Part shown: in pieces, positions 22,613 through 31,762 of the stretch
Layout of the letters: the number at the start of each line of letters is the position of its first letter
Position numbering within the stretch: the first letter of the stretch is position 1
Assembly: GCA_045605805.1 (NCBI GenBank)
Contig: JAZUQR010000027.1
Span: 160,001 to 224,000 of the forward strand
Reading direction: 5' to 3'
DNA from: Alphaproteobacteria bacterium
GTDB lineage: Bacteria > Pseudomonadota > Alphaproteobacteria > CAAHEQ01 > UBA3637
DNA: 64,000 nt
The notes under the pieces: generated by a model
The model's database searches: none
Told to the model about the DNA's origin: nothing
The model's input: only the letters and a program-made list of their open reading frames with translations
Position numbers and translations under genes: made by a program

Positions 22613-23497
22613 TTAGCCATTCATTTGTGCAGCTACTTCTGCGGCAAAATCTTCTTGTTTTTTCTCAATACCTTCACCCAAAGCAAAGCGAGTAAAGCCA
22701 GTGACAGTCACACCAGCATCTGCCAACACTTCTTTAACCTTTTTATCTGGGTTCATCACAAAAGCCTGTTCTAACAACACAACTTCTTGATAGTATTTTT
22801 GCATACGACCTTCAACCATTTTTTCAATAATGGCTTCTGGTTTTCCGCTTGCCTTTGCTTGTTCGGCATAGATTTCCCGTTCATGGGCAGCTGTATCTGC
22901 ATCCACATCATCCACGCTTAAAAACTTCGGAGAGGTAGCAGCAATGTGCATAGCCACTTGTTTGGCCACTTCACCGGCATTAGCCCCATTGGCGGCAACC
23001 AACACACCGATTTTGCACAAATCATCACCCAAAGTTGTGTGCATGTAAGGAACAACAGTTTCGCCTTCCAAAACAGCCACACGACGCAAGCTGATATTTT
23101 CACCGATTTTGGCAATCAAAGCCACCACATTGTCTTGCACAGAAGTACCATTCATATCTGTGGCTTTTAAGGCTTCCACATCATTAGAACCATTCAAAGC
23201 AACGGTTGTCACATCTTGCACAAACTTTTGGAAATCAGCATTTTTGGCGGCAAAGTCTGTTTCAATGTTCACTTCAACCAAAGCCCCTTTGTTGCCGGCT
23301 ACTTTCACACCGACAGCGCCTTGATTAGCCACACGACCGGCCTTCTTTTCGGCCACAGACATACCTTTTTTACGCAAAAAGTCAATAGCAGCATCCAAAT
23401 CACCATTTGTTTCCACCAATGCTTTTTTGCATTCCATCATGCCGGCGCCTGTTTTTTCACGCAGTTCACCAACGAGTTTTGCTGTAATTTCAGCCAT
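22613..23497 (-). CDS. tsf: Elongation factor Ts
   Basis: [22 protein letters not shown]. Confidence 0.98.
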   Translation of the reverse strand: MAEITAKLVGELREKTGAGMMECKKALVETNGDLDAAIDFLRKKGMSVAEKKAGRVANQGAVGVKVAGNKGALVEVNIETDFAAKNADFQKFVQDVTTVALNGSNDVEALKATDMNGTSVQDNVVALIAKIGENISLRRVAVLEGETVVPYMHTTLGDDLCKIGVLVAANGANAGEVAKQVAMHIAATSPKFLSVDDVDADTAAHEREIYAEQAKASGKPEAIIEKMVEGRMQKYYQEVVLLEQAFVMNPDKKVKEVLADAGVTVTGFTRFALGEGIEKKQEDFAAEVAAQMNG

Positions 23498-24265
23498 TTA
23501 TTCCCCCTTTGTTTCTGTTTCTACAATTTCAGCCACTTCTTCGGCAGCGCCCACATCAACGCCAGCTGCTTTCAATTCGGCTTGAATACCATCCAAAGCC
23601 GCACCTGCCATTAAATTGCAGTATAAAGCAATGGCTTTGCCGGCATCATCATTACCAGGAATGGGATAAGTGATATCATCTGGGTTAGCATTGGAATCGC
23701 AAATAGCCACAACAGGAATACCCAATTTTTTGGCTTCTGCAACAGCCAAACTTTCATGTGGCACATCAATCACAAACACAATGTCTGGACGACCGTTCAT
23801 ATCTTTAATACCACCGAAAGAGGCCATCAATTTTTCACGCTCACGTTCAATGTTCAGCTTTTCTTTCTTTGTCAAACCTTCAAAAGCACCTTTTTCTTGC
23901 TTAGATTCAATTTCTTTCAAGCGTTTGATGCTGGAAGAAATGGTTTTCCAGTTTGTCAACATACCACCCAACCAACGTTGATTGACATAGAATTGGCCAC
24001 AACGAGCAGCAGCATCAGCCACCAATTCACGAGCTTGTGCTTTTGTGCCGACAAACAAGATTTTACCACCTTTGGCAGCCACATCACGCACAGCCTCCAT
24101 TGCCCGATACATCATCGGAACAGTTTGAGCCAAATCCATAATATGAACACCTTCCCGTGTACCATAAATAAACGGAGCCATTTTTGGGTTCCATCTGCGG
24201 GCATTATGCCCAAAGTGAACACCAGCTTCAATCAGCTGACGCATAGTAATTGTTGGAATAGACAT
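23498..24265 (-). CDS. rpsB: 30S ribosomal protein S2
   Basis: [22 protein letters not shown]; start placed at ATG 24265 after AAAGGA. Confidence 0.97.
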   Translation of the reverse strand: MSIPTITMRQLIEAGVHFGHNARRWNPKMAPFIYGTREGVHIMDLAQTVPMMYRAMEAVRDVAAKGGKILFVGTKAQARELVADAAARCGQFYVNQRWLGGMLTNWKTISSSIKRLKEIESKQEKGAFEGLTKKEKLNIEREREKLMASFGGIKDMNGRPDIVFVIDVPHESLAVAEAKKLGIPVVAICDSNANPDDITYPIPGNDDAGKAIALYCNLMAGAALDGIQAELKAAGVDVGAAEEVAEIVETETKGE

Positions 24266-24510
24266 TTTTATAATCCTTTCTTTTTCCAGTTGATCCTCTG
24301 CAAGGCTTAAAATATGCTTAAAACTCATTTTTTAAGCACACCGGAAGCGAATTTTCGGAACACCCGAAATGCGCCTGCCCCGCATGTGTTTTGTCACTTC
24401 TTTATTGAAATAACACACAGAGTATATCAAATTTTTTTCAAAAAATCAAGAAAAAAATAAAACTTCTCCCCCTTCTGTTCAAAGAAAAGATGAAAAAACA
24501 TAAAAAAGTG

Positions 24511-24558
24511 TTGCAAATCAAAAAAAAGTGTTTTATCATATGAGAACAAAACAAGAAC
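24511..24558 (+). promoter_or_regulatory. recA promoter with alphaproteobacterial LexA (SOS) box
   Basis: TTGCAA-N17-TATCAT, then GAAC-AAAACAA-GAAC at 24544-24558. Confidence 0.85.
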
Positions 24559-24582
24559 AAAATTGATAAGGAGTTGAAAAAT

Positions 24583-25617
24583 ATGGAAAAAGATAAAGCA
24601 TTAGAAGCGGCCGTGGCCCAAATTGAACGGGCATTTGGCAAAGGCTCAATCATGCGTTTGGGTCAACAAGATAACAGCGAAGAAATCCCCGCCATCTCAA
24701 CCGGCTCATTGGGCTTGGATTTGGCACTTGGAATTGGTGGTCTCCCCAAAGGCCGTATCATAGAAGTCTATGGTCCGGAAAGTTCTGGTAAAACCACATT
24801 GGCCCTTCATGTAGTGGCTGAAGCCCAAAAGCAAGGGGGCGTCTGCGCATATATTGATGCGGAACACGCCATGGACCCAAGCTATGCCCGCAAATTGGGT
24901 GTGAACATTGACGACTTATTGATTTCGCAACCTGATACAGGGGAGCAAGCGTTGGAAATTGCCGACACATTGGTGCGCTCTGGCACATTATCTGTGTTGG
25001 TGGTAGACTCTGTGGCCGCCCTTGTACCAAAAGCCGAATTAGAAGGCGATATGGGCGATTCACACATGGGATTGCAAGCCCGCCTAATGAGCCAAGCTTT
25101 ACGCAAACTCACAGCTTCTGTGGCCCGAGCCAATACATTGGTTATTTTCATCAACCAAATCCGCATGAAAATTGGGGTAATGTTTGGTAATCCGGAAACA
25201 ACAACAGGGGGCAACGCCTTAAAGTTTTATGCCTCTGTCCGCATGGATATCCGTCGTATTGGTTCGGTCAAAGACCATGAAGATGTGATCGGCAACCAAA
25301 CCCGGGTTAAGATTGTAAAAAACAAAGTGGCTCCTCCGTTCAAAACAGTTGATTTTGATATTTTATACGGCGAAGGCATCTCTAAACTGGGCGAATTGTT
25401 GGATTTAGGGGCCAAAACTGGTTTAGTGGAAAAAGCCGGCGCATGGTTTTCGTATAAAGACGAACGCATCGGACAAGGGCGTGAAGCTGCCAAAAAATGG
25501 TTAAAAGAAAACCCCGAAAAAGCCGCAGAATTGGAAAAAGCCATTCGGGACAATGCCAAAGACATTTCAAAAGAAATGATTGTTGGCGACCATGATGCGG
25601 CCACAGAAATAGAATAA
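24583..25617 (+). CDS. recA: Recombinase RecA
   Basis: [30 protein letters not shown]. Confidence 0.99.
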   Translation: MEKDKALEAAVAQIERAFGKGSIMRLGQQDNSEEIPAISTGSLGLDLALGIGGLPKGRIIEVYGPESSGKTTLALHVVAEAQKQGGVCAYIDAEHAMDPSYARKLGVNIDDLLISQPDTGEQALEIADTLVRSGTLSVLVVDSVAALVPKAELEGDMGDSHMGLQARLMSQALRKLTASVARANTLVIFINQIRMKIGVMFGNPETTTGGNALKFYASVRMDIRRIGSVKDHEDVIGNQTRVKIVKNKVAPPFKTVDFDILYGEGISKLGELLDLGAKTGLVEKAGAWFSYKDERIGQGREAAKKWLKENPEKAAELEKAIRDNAKDISKEMIVGDHDAATEIE

Positions 25618-25636
25618 CTCCTCTGTGTCACATAAT

Positions 25637-25670
25637 AAAAACCGGATATGTTCTGTATCCGGTTTTTTTT
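25637..25670. terminator. Bidirectional intrinsic terminator after recA
   Basis: AAAAACCGGATAT...GTATCCGGTTTTTTTT. Confidence 0.85.
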
Positions 25671-25687
25671 GAATATGTTTATAATGT

Positions 25688-25966
25688 TTATTCGCCTTTG
25701 GCAGCCTTCAAAGCCGTTAAAACATTGGTCGCAGCCGTCACTGATTCTTGTGATAAACCAGACTTTTCCAACGCTAAATCCTTCAAACATTGAACTGAAA
25801 CATTTTTGGCCAATGTTTTAATGTCTGTTGTAAATAAAGAACCATCATTCAAAGCAGCATAGGCCTTTTGAGTTAAACAAGCATTCAAAGAAGTGCTGGA
25901 TGTATCGGCATTTTGAACGCAGGCAGTTAAAATAAAAGAACACATAAAAATAAAGAGCTTTTTCAT
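25688..25966 (-). CDS. Small hypothetical lipoprotein
   Basis: MKKLFIF...LTAC lipobox from ATG 25966 with AAAGGA RBS; two more Cys. Confidence 0.75.
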   Translation of the reverse strand: MKKLFIFMCSFILTACVQNADTSSTSLNACLTQKAYAALNDGSLFTTDIKTLAKNVSVQCLKDLALEKSGLSQESVTAATNVLTALKAAKGE

Positions 25967-26092
25967 AAAAATCCTTTCTGTCATTTGAAATATGTACACC
26001 ATTATAGAAACATTTTGCAATTTTGTCAAATACCTTGACTTTTTAATCAATTTTTGATACAATCCCGAATAATTTCAATAAAGGAGAAGAAA

Positions 26093-27856
26093 ATGAAAAT
26101 GACATATGATGAATTGCGCACATTGTGGTTGGATTTTTATAAATCAAAGCAACACAGCGAAATCCCATCGGCCTCTCTGTTGCCGGAAAATGATGCCACA
26201 GTGTTGTTCACAACGGCAGGCATGCACCCATTGGTTCCCTATCTGATGGGAGAAAAACATCCGGCCGGCAATCGTTTAACCGACATTCAAAAATGCATCC
26301 GCACAAATGATATTGCCGAAGTGGGCGACCATTGTCATTTAACATTTTTTGAAATGATGGGCAACTGGTCATTGGGGGATTATTTCAAAAAAGAAATGAT
26401 TGAATGGAGTTTTGAATTTTTAACTCAAAAATTGGGATTCAAGCCCGAACAATTGGCCGTCACCTGCTATAAAGGCGATGAAAACACCCCAAAAGACGAA
26501 GAAGCAGCCGCCATTTGGCACTCTTTGGGCTTAAAAGACAATCAGATTTTCTTTTTAGAAGATAACTGGTGGGGCTTGGCCGATGGGGGGCCATGCGGGC
26601 CGGATACGGAAATGTTCATTGACAACGGCAAACCAGCCTGTGGCCCAGCATGTAATCCATCTTGCAACTGTGGCAAATACACCGAAATTTGGAACGATGT
26701 ATTTATGCAATACTTAAAGAAAAAAGACGGTACATTAGAACCGCTGTCTCAAAAGAATGTGGATACGGGAATGGGGTTGGAACGCACACTTGCTTTCTTA
26801 AATGGCGAAGGCGATGTATTTATGACAGAATTATTTGAAGAATCTCGCTTGAAATTAGAAGAAATCAGCGGTAAAAAATATACTGATAATTTGGTGCCAT
26901 TCCGCAAAGTGTTAGACCATTTACGCACAGCAGTGTTCATTTTGGGGGATGATAAAGGCATTCCACCAAGCAACACTGATCAAGGTTATGTTTTGCGGCG
27001 TCTTATCCGCATTGCCATCCGCAACTTAAAGAAATTGGATGTCACCGATTTTGTTTTGGCCAAATTAGCGGAATCTGTTGTGAATAAATATAAAAAATAC
27101 TATCCGGAATTGGAACGCAACAAAGCCTTTATTATGGCTGAATTGGAAAAAGAAGAACAATTGTTCAACCGCACAATTACAGCCGGCTTAAAAGAAATGG
27201 ATAAAGTTCTGAACCGTGTTCAAAACAACCTGATTGATGGACAAACCGCTTTTCATCTGTATGACACCTATGGCTTTCCATTAGAGTTCACCCAAGAAAT
27301 TGCCGCAGAACATAATGTTCAAGTGGATGTGGAAGGGTTTAACAAATGCTATGAAGCCCACCAAGAACTGTCCCGTAAAGGGGCCGAACAAAAGTTCAAA
27401 GGCGGCTTGGCTGACCATTCTGAAAAGTCTGCCCACTATCATACCGCCACACACATCATGCACGCCATGTTGCGCCAAATGTTTGGGGAGACAGTGGCCC
27501 AAAAGGGAAGCAATATCACACCCGAAAGAATGCGCTTTGACTTTTCGTTTGACCGCAAGATGACCCCCGAAGAAGTGGCCGAATTGCAAGCCAAAGTCAA
27601 TGCAGTCATTGAACAAAAGATTCCTGTTGTCTGTGAAGAAAAAACATTGGATGAAGCCAAAGCCGAAGGGGCAATCGGGTTATTTGCCCATAAATATGAT
27701 GCAGAAAAGGTAAAAGTCTATACCATCGGCACAGTATCCAAAGAAGTCTGTGGCGGGCCTCATGCCCAAAACACAGGCGATTTAGGACATTTTCGCATCT
27801 TAAAAGAAGAATCTTCTTCGGCCGGTGTCCGTCGCATCAAAGCAGTGTTAGAATAA
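26093..27856 (+). CDS. alaS: Alanine--tRNA ligase, short form lacking the C-Ala domain
   Basis: LFTTAGM, HLTFFEMMGNWSLGDYFK, DTGMGLER, editing motifs HTATH and CGGPH; ends at GVRRIKAVLE. Confidence 0.96.
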   Translation: MKMTYDELRTLWLDFYKSKQHSEIPSASLLPENDATVLFTTAGMHPLVPYLMGEKHPAGNRLTDIQKCIRTNDIAEVGDHCHLTFFEMMGNWSLGDYFKKEMIEWSFEFLTQKLGFKPEQLAVTCYKGDENTPKDEEAAAIWHSLGLKDNQIFFLEDNWWGLADGGPCGPDTEMFIDNGKPACGPACNPSCNCGKYTEIWNDVFMQYLKKKDGTLEPLSQKNVDTGMGLERTLAFLNGEGDVFMTELFEESRLKLEEISGKKYTDNLVPFRKVLDHLRTAVFILGDDKGIPPSNTDQGYVLRRLIRIAIRNLKKLDVTDFVLAKLAESVVNKYKKYYPELERNKAFIMAELEKEEQLFNRTITAGLKEMDKVLNRVQNNLIDGQTAFHLYDTYGFPLEFTQEIAAEHNVQVDVEGFNKCYEAHQELSRKGAEQKFKGGLADHSEKSAHYHTATHIMHAMLRQMFGETVAQKGSNITPERMRFDFSFDRKMTPEEVAELQAKVNAVIEQKIPVVCEEKTLDEAKAEGAIGLFAHKYDAEKVKVYTIGTVSKEVCGGPHAQNTGDLGHFRILKEESSSAGVRRIKAVLE

Positions 27857-27861
27857 ACCCA

Positions 27862-27890
27862 AAAGCCCCGTTCAAACGGGGCTTTCATTT
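27862..27890. terminator. Intrinsic terminator after alaS
   Basis: AAAGCCCCGTT-CA-AACGGGGCTTT. Confidence 0.85.
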
Positions 27891-27904
27891 TGAAAAAGTA
27901 TAAC

Positions 27905-28060
27905 CTATCTATCTTTCTTTTTGGAAAAATCCACATGGCGCATATAGCGGTGATGTTTAGCCTTCACAACATTTTCAAAAACAAGCGCACCACCTTTGTA
28001 TAAACCAGAACCACCCAAGGCAATCAAAGCCCCAAGGAACATAATTTGATTTAAGTTCAC
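27905..28060 (-). CDS. Unannotated 51-aa single-TM protein (MNLNQIMFLGALIALGGSGLYK...KKKDR)
   Basis: Translated by hand: GTG start overlaps the upstream TAG (TAGTG), AGAGGAAG RBS, hydrophobic N-terminus, basic tail. Confidence 0.6.
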   Translation of the reverse strand: MNLNQIMFLGALIALGGSGLYKGGALVFENVVKAKHHRYMRHVDFSKKKDR

Positions 28061-28716
28061 TATCTTCCTCTATGATGTTTTTGTGCCTGGTATACACATT
28101 GGGCTTTATCTGCTTCTGCCTGACGCTTGTGAATATCTGTAAGAAGACCCTTCAAATACGCTTCTCGTTGAAAAGGCAATTTATTATGGTTCTTTTTTCT
28201 AAATTGTGCATCTTCCTTCCAAATCGTTTCCATTGTTTCAGCAATTTTCAGATGCCTCTGTTTTTGCGCCAAATGTACATTCGCAACGCCTTCGTTTTCG
28301 GCATTATACATTGCTGCATTGGCACATTGGATGCGAGATATTAATGAATCTTTCACCCAATCACGGCCATAATTTTGAGTCCCTTCTATATACGTTCTCA
28401 AATCATTCAAATAGTCTTTATAACACTTCACTTGCATCTCATTACAAAAAACAGCCTTTTTGCGAATATCCCATAAAGTGCTGGATTCATTAATTGGTAA
28501 TTGCCAACCAGCCTCTTCACCATAATTGTAAATACGTTCTGCTATAATCTGTCGCTTTGCTTCTTCCTTGCGTTCAGCGGCCCTCCCTTTGCCGACTGCA
28601 CAGACACCACCGGCAACAATAGAACTAAGAGCAACAGTCAAACCAACCGTTTTCAGTTTGGCAATTGTTTGTTTCTTTTTAAGTTTTGCATGATCTACCG
28701 CTGTTCCAAAAGGCAT
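28060..28716 (-). CDS. Hypothetical protein with N-terminal membrane anchor
   Basis: 218-aa ORF, AGGAGG RBS, upstream TTGACA-N17-TATAAT; basic C-terminus QKHHRGR. Confidence 0.75.
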   Translation of the reverse strand: MPFGTAVDHAKLKKKQTIAKLKTVGLTVALSSIVAGGVCAVGKGRAAERKEEAKRQIIAERIYNYGEEAGWQLPINESSTLWDIRKKAVFCNEMQVKCYKDYLNDLRTYIEGTQNYGRDWVKDSLISRIQCANAAMYNAENEGVANVHLAQKQRHLKIAETMETIWKEDAQFRKKNHNKLPFQREAYLKGLLTDIHKRQAEADKAQCVYQAQKHHRGR

Positions 28717-28812
28717 ATTTTGTTCCTCCTGTTAAAAATTGCATCTGTAGATAAATTATACCATAAAACAAAATTTTTGTCAATTTTAGCCCTTTTTGAA
28801 AAGTAAATAAAA

Positions 28813-28847
28813 GAAAAACAACCTATGTATTTCAATAGGTTATTTTG
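28813..28847 (-). terminator. Hairpin/terminator immediately beyond the outermost CCGCCA core (probable original tRNA terminator)
   Basis: AAAACAACCTAT...ATAGGTTATTTT with a T tract on the - strand, 4-5 nt from the core at 28852. Confidence 0.55.
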
Positions 28848-28851
28848 AAAG

Positions 28852-28884
28852 TGGCGGGCAATGCTGTGCATAATGGGAACTCAT
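28852..28884 (-). repeat. Cassette end site R, copy 1, including the CCGCCA core
   Basis: TGGCGGGCAATGCTGTGCATAATGGGAA identical to 29713-29740; 32 of 33 bases match over the extended repeat. Confidence 0.95.
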
Positions 28885-29482
28885 TTAATTGTCTGATTTT
28901 TCGTATTCTCAATATTTTTATTTACTTTATAGATATAGTATGTATCATATTTGGAACCTAAGGAAAACTCCTTTTTTGGTTCCATATCTGGAATTGGAAA
29001 CCGATTGACATAAAGAAGGGTACTTTTTTTTGCTTCTGTTTGACATTTAGTGCTGATTTTTTTCATTAAGTGGGATAATAAAAATAAAAATATAATATCA
29101 GCTTTGGATATATCTGCGTTAAAGAAATTTTGACGATAAAACTCGATATTTTTCATTTTTCTGGCTCTAAATCTACTAACTAAATAGGGAACCACCCATA
29201 TTCAATTCCAATAAACTTGTGCTGTGGAAATTGTTGCGCCAAGGGTAAAAGTAAGGTACCCCAACCGCTTCCCAAATCCATTATGGTTTGATTTTTTCTT
29301 TTCTCTAAAAGTTGAGCAACATTTTTTAACATAGCCCTTTTAACTTTTCCACTTGATGGAACAGGTGGTGCATTGCGCATAAAACTGGAATTAAAAGCAA
29401 AATAGATGGTTATTATTCCCACACAGAATATAACTAACATTAATAAAGTTTGCAATAACACCAACAAATAAATAAGAACCAT
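28881..29482 (-). pseudogene. Frameshifted class I SAM-dependent methyltransferase with N-terminal TM (FAM173-like)
   Basis: ORFs 29180-29482 (TM, PPVPS, MDLGSGWG, FIGIE) and 28881-29195 (NFF, ADIIFLF) join into one fold if one base is restored near 29192. Confidence 0.8.
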
Positions 29483-29523
29483 ATATCCTTATCCTTCCGT
29501 GTTAATTTATAAAATTTTTTACT

Positions 29524-29718
29524 AAAATGTTCGAATGTCGGTAAGGGTTCCAAACAGCGTTAAAAATGTGAAATGTAATAAATTCAAGCGCTTACTGCGT
29601 TATCGGTTCGATTGTTGAAAAAGTATGTGCTTTTTGACCAAACAACATTTGAACCAGCTTAACATATTGAAAACAAAAGAAAAAGTCGCTATTTTAAGCG
29701 ACTTGTTCACTTTGGCGG
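29524..29718 (-). repeat. Cassette arm L, copy 2 (~195 bp)
   Basis: Colinear with 31763-31958, about 80% identity by manual alignment. Confidence 0.95.
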
Positions 29719-29745
29719 GCAATGCTGTGCATAATGGGAAGTCAT
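29713..29745 (-). repeat. Cassette end site R, copy 2, including the CCGCCA core
   Basis: 28-bp exact match to 28852-28879. Confidence 0.95.
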
Positions 29746-29777
29746 CTAGAGCATTTTGATACATAAAAGGTCTTAAC

Positions 29778-31691
29778 TCAACCTCCTGCCTGTGGGGTAT
29801 TTTGTCCTTTTAAAATAGAAAGAGGAGGTTGTTTTTTATTTGAAAGCGATCTTTTATCAGCACTTTTGGAAAGCATTTGTATTAAACCGGATTTACCTGT
29901 ATTATTCCCAGACTTCTTATGCGACTTAACGGAAGAAGTTAAAGGACTGTTTTCTGGAAATCTATCAATATTCTCCTGACTGATAATCGGCTTCCCATAT
30001 TTGTCCTTTAATGACATAAGGATAGGTAATTGTTCAGCATAATCTGAATGTGCCTGAATAAGACTTTCTAACAATATATTCTTTCCTTCTTTTGTATCAA
30101 AAGTCTTACGGGAAAGTGGTAGATTTCCTTTTTCATCTTTAATTGCATCAAATAATAATTTAATTTCTTCCTTGCAATTTTTTCCTCTACTTATGTCTCG
30201 CACCCAAATATCCAATGCTTTAGCAAATTGTTCCTCTCTAACAAGTACCTTTCCATCACGACCTGTTAATTTTAGTATTTGAGGAAGTAATGGAAGCATT
30301 TTAATCCAGTCCTCATCGTAAGGACCGAAATGTCCCAAAAACACATTCCTCGTGTTATCAAAAGAGGCTCGTAAATCTTTTTCTATAAGGGGTAGACGTC
30401 CTTCATCATCTGAAAGAATAGCAACAGACTTTTTAAAATCTTCTGGAATCTTTGTTTTAAAAGACAATATATTCGCAATATTTTCTGAAGTCGCTATTTT
30501 TTCACCATCACGAGTAGCCTCAACTAGGTACTTTAATGCAGCGGGACTAATAATTTGCTGAATACCACAACCTTTAAAAAGATCTCTAACTTTTTCTATA
30601 TTAAATACATATTGAGAATCAGTTCTTTTCAATGTCAATATATCGTGAATCTGTGCTGGTGAAGCATTTTCCAATATGTATCCTAAAACCTCTTCATAAT
30701 CCTTGGGCATTTTTTCATCAACACCATCATGTAAAAGACGTATATATTCATCCAGATGGTTATTCTTTTTGGCTTGCAATAACTTTCCTCGAAAACGTCT
30801 AGCTCTTCTAGGGGCTTCTTGTAATTTTTTCATCAAACTTTGTGGTAAGTGAAATACCTCTGGAATACAATCTAAACCTGGATCATTTTCCCCAATTGGA
30901 GCTCTCATATCATATAAATCTTTATAAGGACTACCATATACTCTATCTAATATGGCACTTATCGCCTCTTCTTCAATTTTTTTATCACCTCTATGGCTCA
31001 CATCATTTGCGTGTTTTTTTAATATTTCTTCATACGTTTTAACCCCAGTCATTTTAGTATCATCTGTATGACCAAAAATTTCATAATAAGCTCGCGCACC
31101 GGTTTCAAATGCTTGTGCTTCTGATAAAAATTCAAGCTGATGCCAAGCATAGGCATTTTCTATTGGAATTCCAAAAAACGAAGCATTCATCATACGTTCT
31201 TCCTGATGATAGGCAGCCTCATCATTTTGTTCTGCGTGTTTGAGTTCATGTGATAATACTAAAACTAAAAAATTAAGATCATCCACCTTTTCAAAAACAA
31301 CCTTATTGTCCATCGGTCCATATGAAGCCGCAGATTTTGCCTCCTTATCTCCGTTATTTCTTTCTCTGACTATTGTAGTGTCAATTATGAGAGGGTTCGT
31401 ATCTTGACGAAAGGTTGAAAATTTATGATACAAAGGTGTTTCCTTACCATTCAGTTCATAAATCAATTTTAAAGCCTGTTGAACCTTTTGTTCTCTTTCG
31501 CTTAAATTTAATTTTGGATTATTCGGGTAATCTTCTGGATATATAAACTCACGAATAGAGCATGTTTTTATTTTGCTTTTTAACTCTTTTGCTCTTTCTT
31601 CATCTATAAAACTATGTTCAAGAAGATATTGCTCCTCTTCTGTCAATAAAACCCCATATGACACTTTTATCATATCCATTGAATTTTCCAT
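29778..31691 (-). CDS. Hypothetical 637-aa protein with HExxH zinc-metallopeptidase-like domain and C-terminal degenerate repeats
   Basis: VLSHELKHAEQ followed by EAQA; recurring [L/I]xDxxGxxx[I/L] units; AAGGAG RBS. Confidence 0.7.
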   Translation of the reverse strand: MENSMDMIKVSYGVLLTEEEQYLLEHSFIDEERAKELKSKIKTCSIREFIYPEDYPNNPKLNLSEREQKVQQALKLIYELNGKETPLYHKFSTFRQDTNPLIIDTTIVRERNNGDKEAKSAASYGPMDNKVVFEKVDDLNFLVLVLSHELKHAEQNDEAAYHQEERMMNASFFGIPIENAYAWHQLEFLSEAQAFETGARAYYEIFGHTDDTKMTGVKTYEEILKKHANDVSHRGDKKIEEEAISAILDRVYGSPYKDLYDMRAPIGENDPGLDCIPEVFHLPQSLMKKLQEAPRRARRFRGKLLQAKKNNHLDEYIRLLHDGVDEKMPKDYEEVLGYILENASPAQIHDILTLKRTDSQYVFNIEKVRDLFKGCGIQQIISPAALKYLVEATRDGEKIATSENIANILSFKTKIPEDFKKSVAILSDDEGRLPLIEKDLRASFDNTRNVFLGHFGPYDEDWIKMLPLLPQILKLTGRDGKVLVREEQFAKALDIWVRDISRGKNCKEEIKLLFDAIKDEKGNLPLSRKTFDTKEGKNILLESLIQAHSDYAEQLPILMSLKDKYGKPIISQENIDRFPENSPLTSSVKSHKKSGNNTGKSGLIQMLSKSADKRSLSNKKQPPLSILKGQNTPQAGG

Positions 31692-31762
31692 AATGTTCTC
31701 CTTTTTTTATCACACTAACATATTTTAATGTGATTTACAACACAAATGGTGTAATCACTCAA

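Larger units (their letters stand above)
28852..29712 (-). mobile_element. Non-autonomous tRNA-targeted cassette 2 (~0.86 kb), methyltransferase cargo
   Basis: Bounded by TGGCGG cores at 28852 and 29713; carries L arm, one gene and R site; no recombinase. Confidence 0.7.

Noticed and set aside
24270-24400. rpsB leader RNA
   Set aside because: Hairpins are present and a leader is expected here, but the structure and boundaries could not be fixed by eye.
12442-25790. Long antisense ORFs over rpsO, pnp, infB, nusA, tsf, rpsB and recA
   Set aside because: Shadow frames of highly conserved genes, with no RBS or motifs.
29524-29718. L arm as a tRNA pseudogene or recombinase gene remnant
   Set aside because: No cloverleaf despite GGTTCGA, and no recognisable coding similarity in either copy.
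28852-29745. 28-bp direct repeats as a CRISPR array
   Set aside because: Only two copies, 861 bp apart, with a gene between them and no cas genes.
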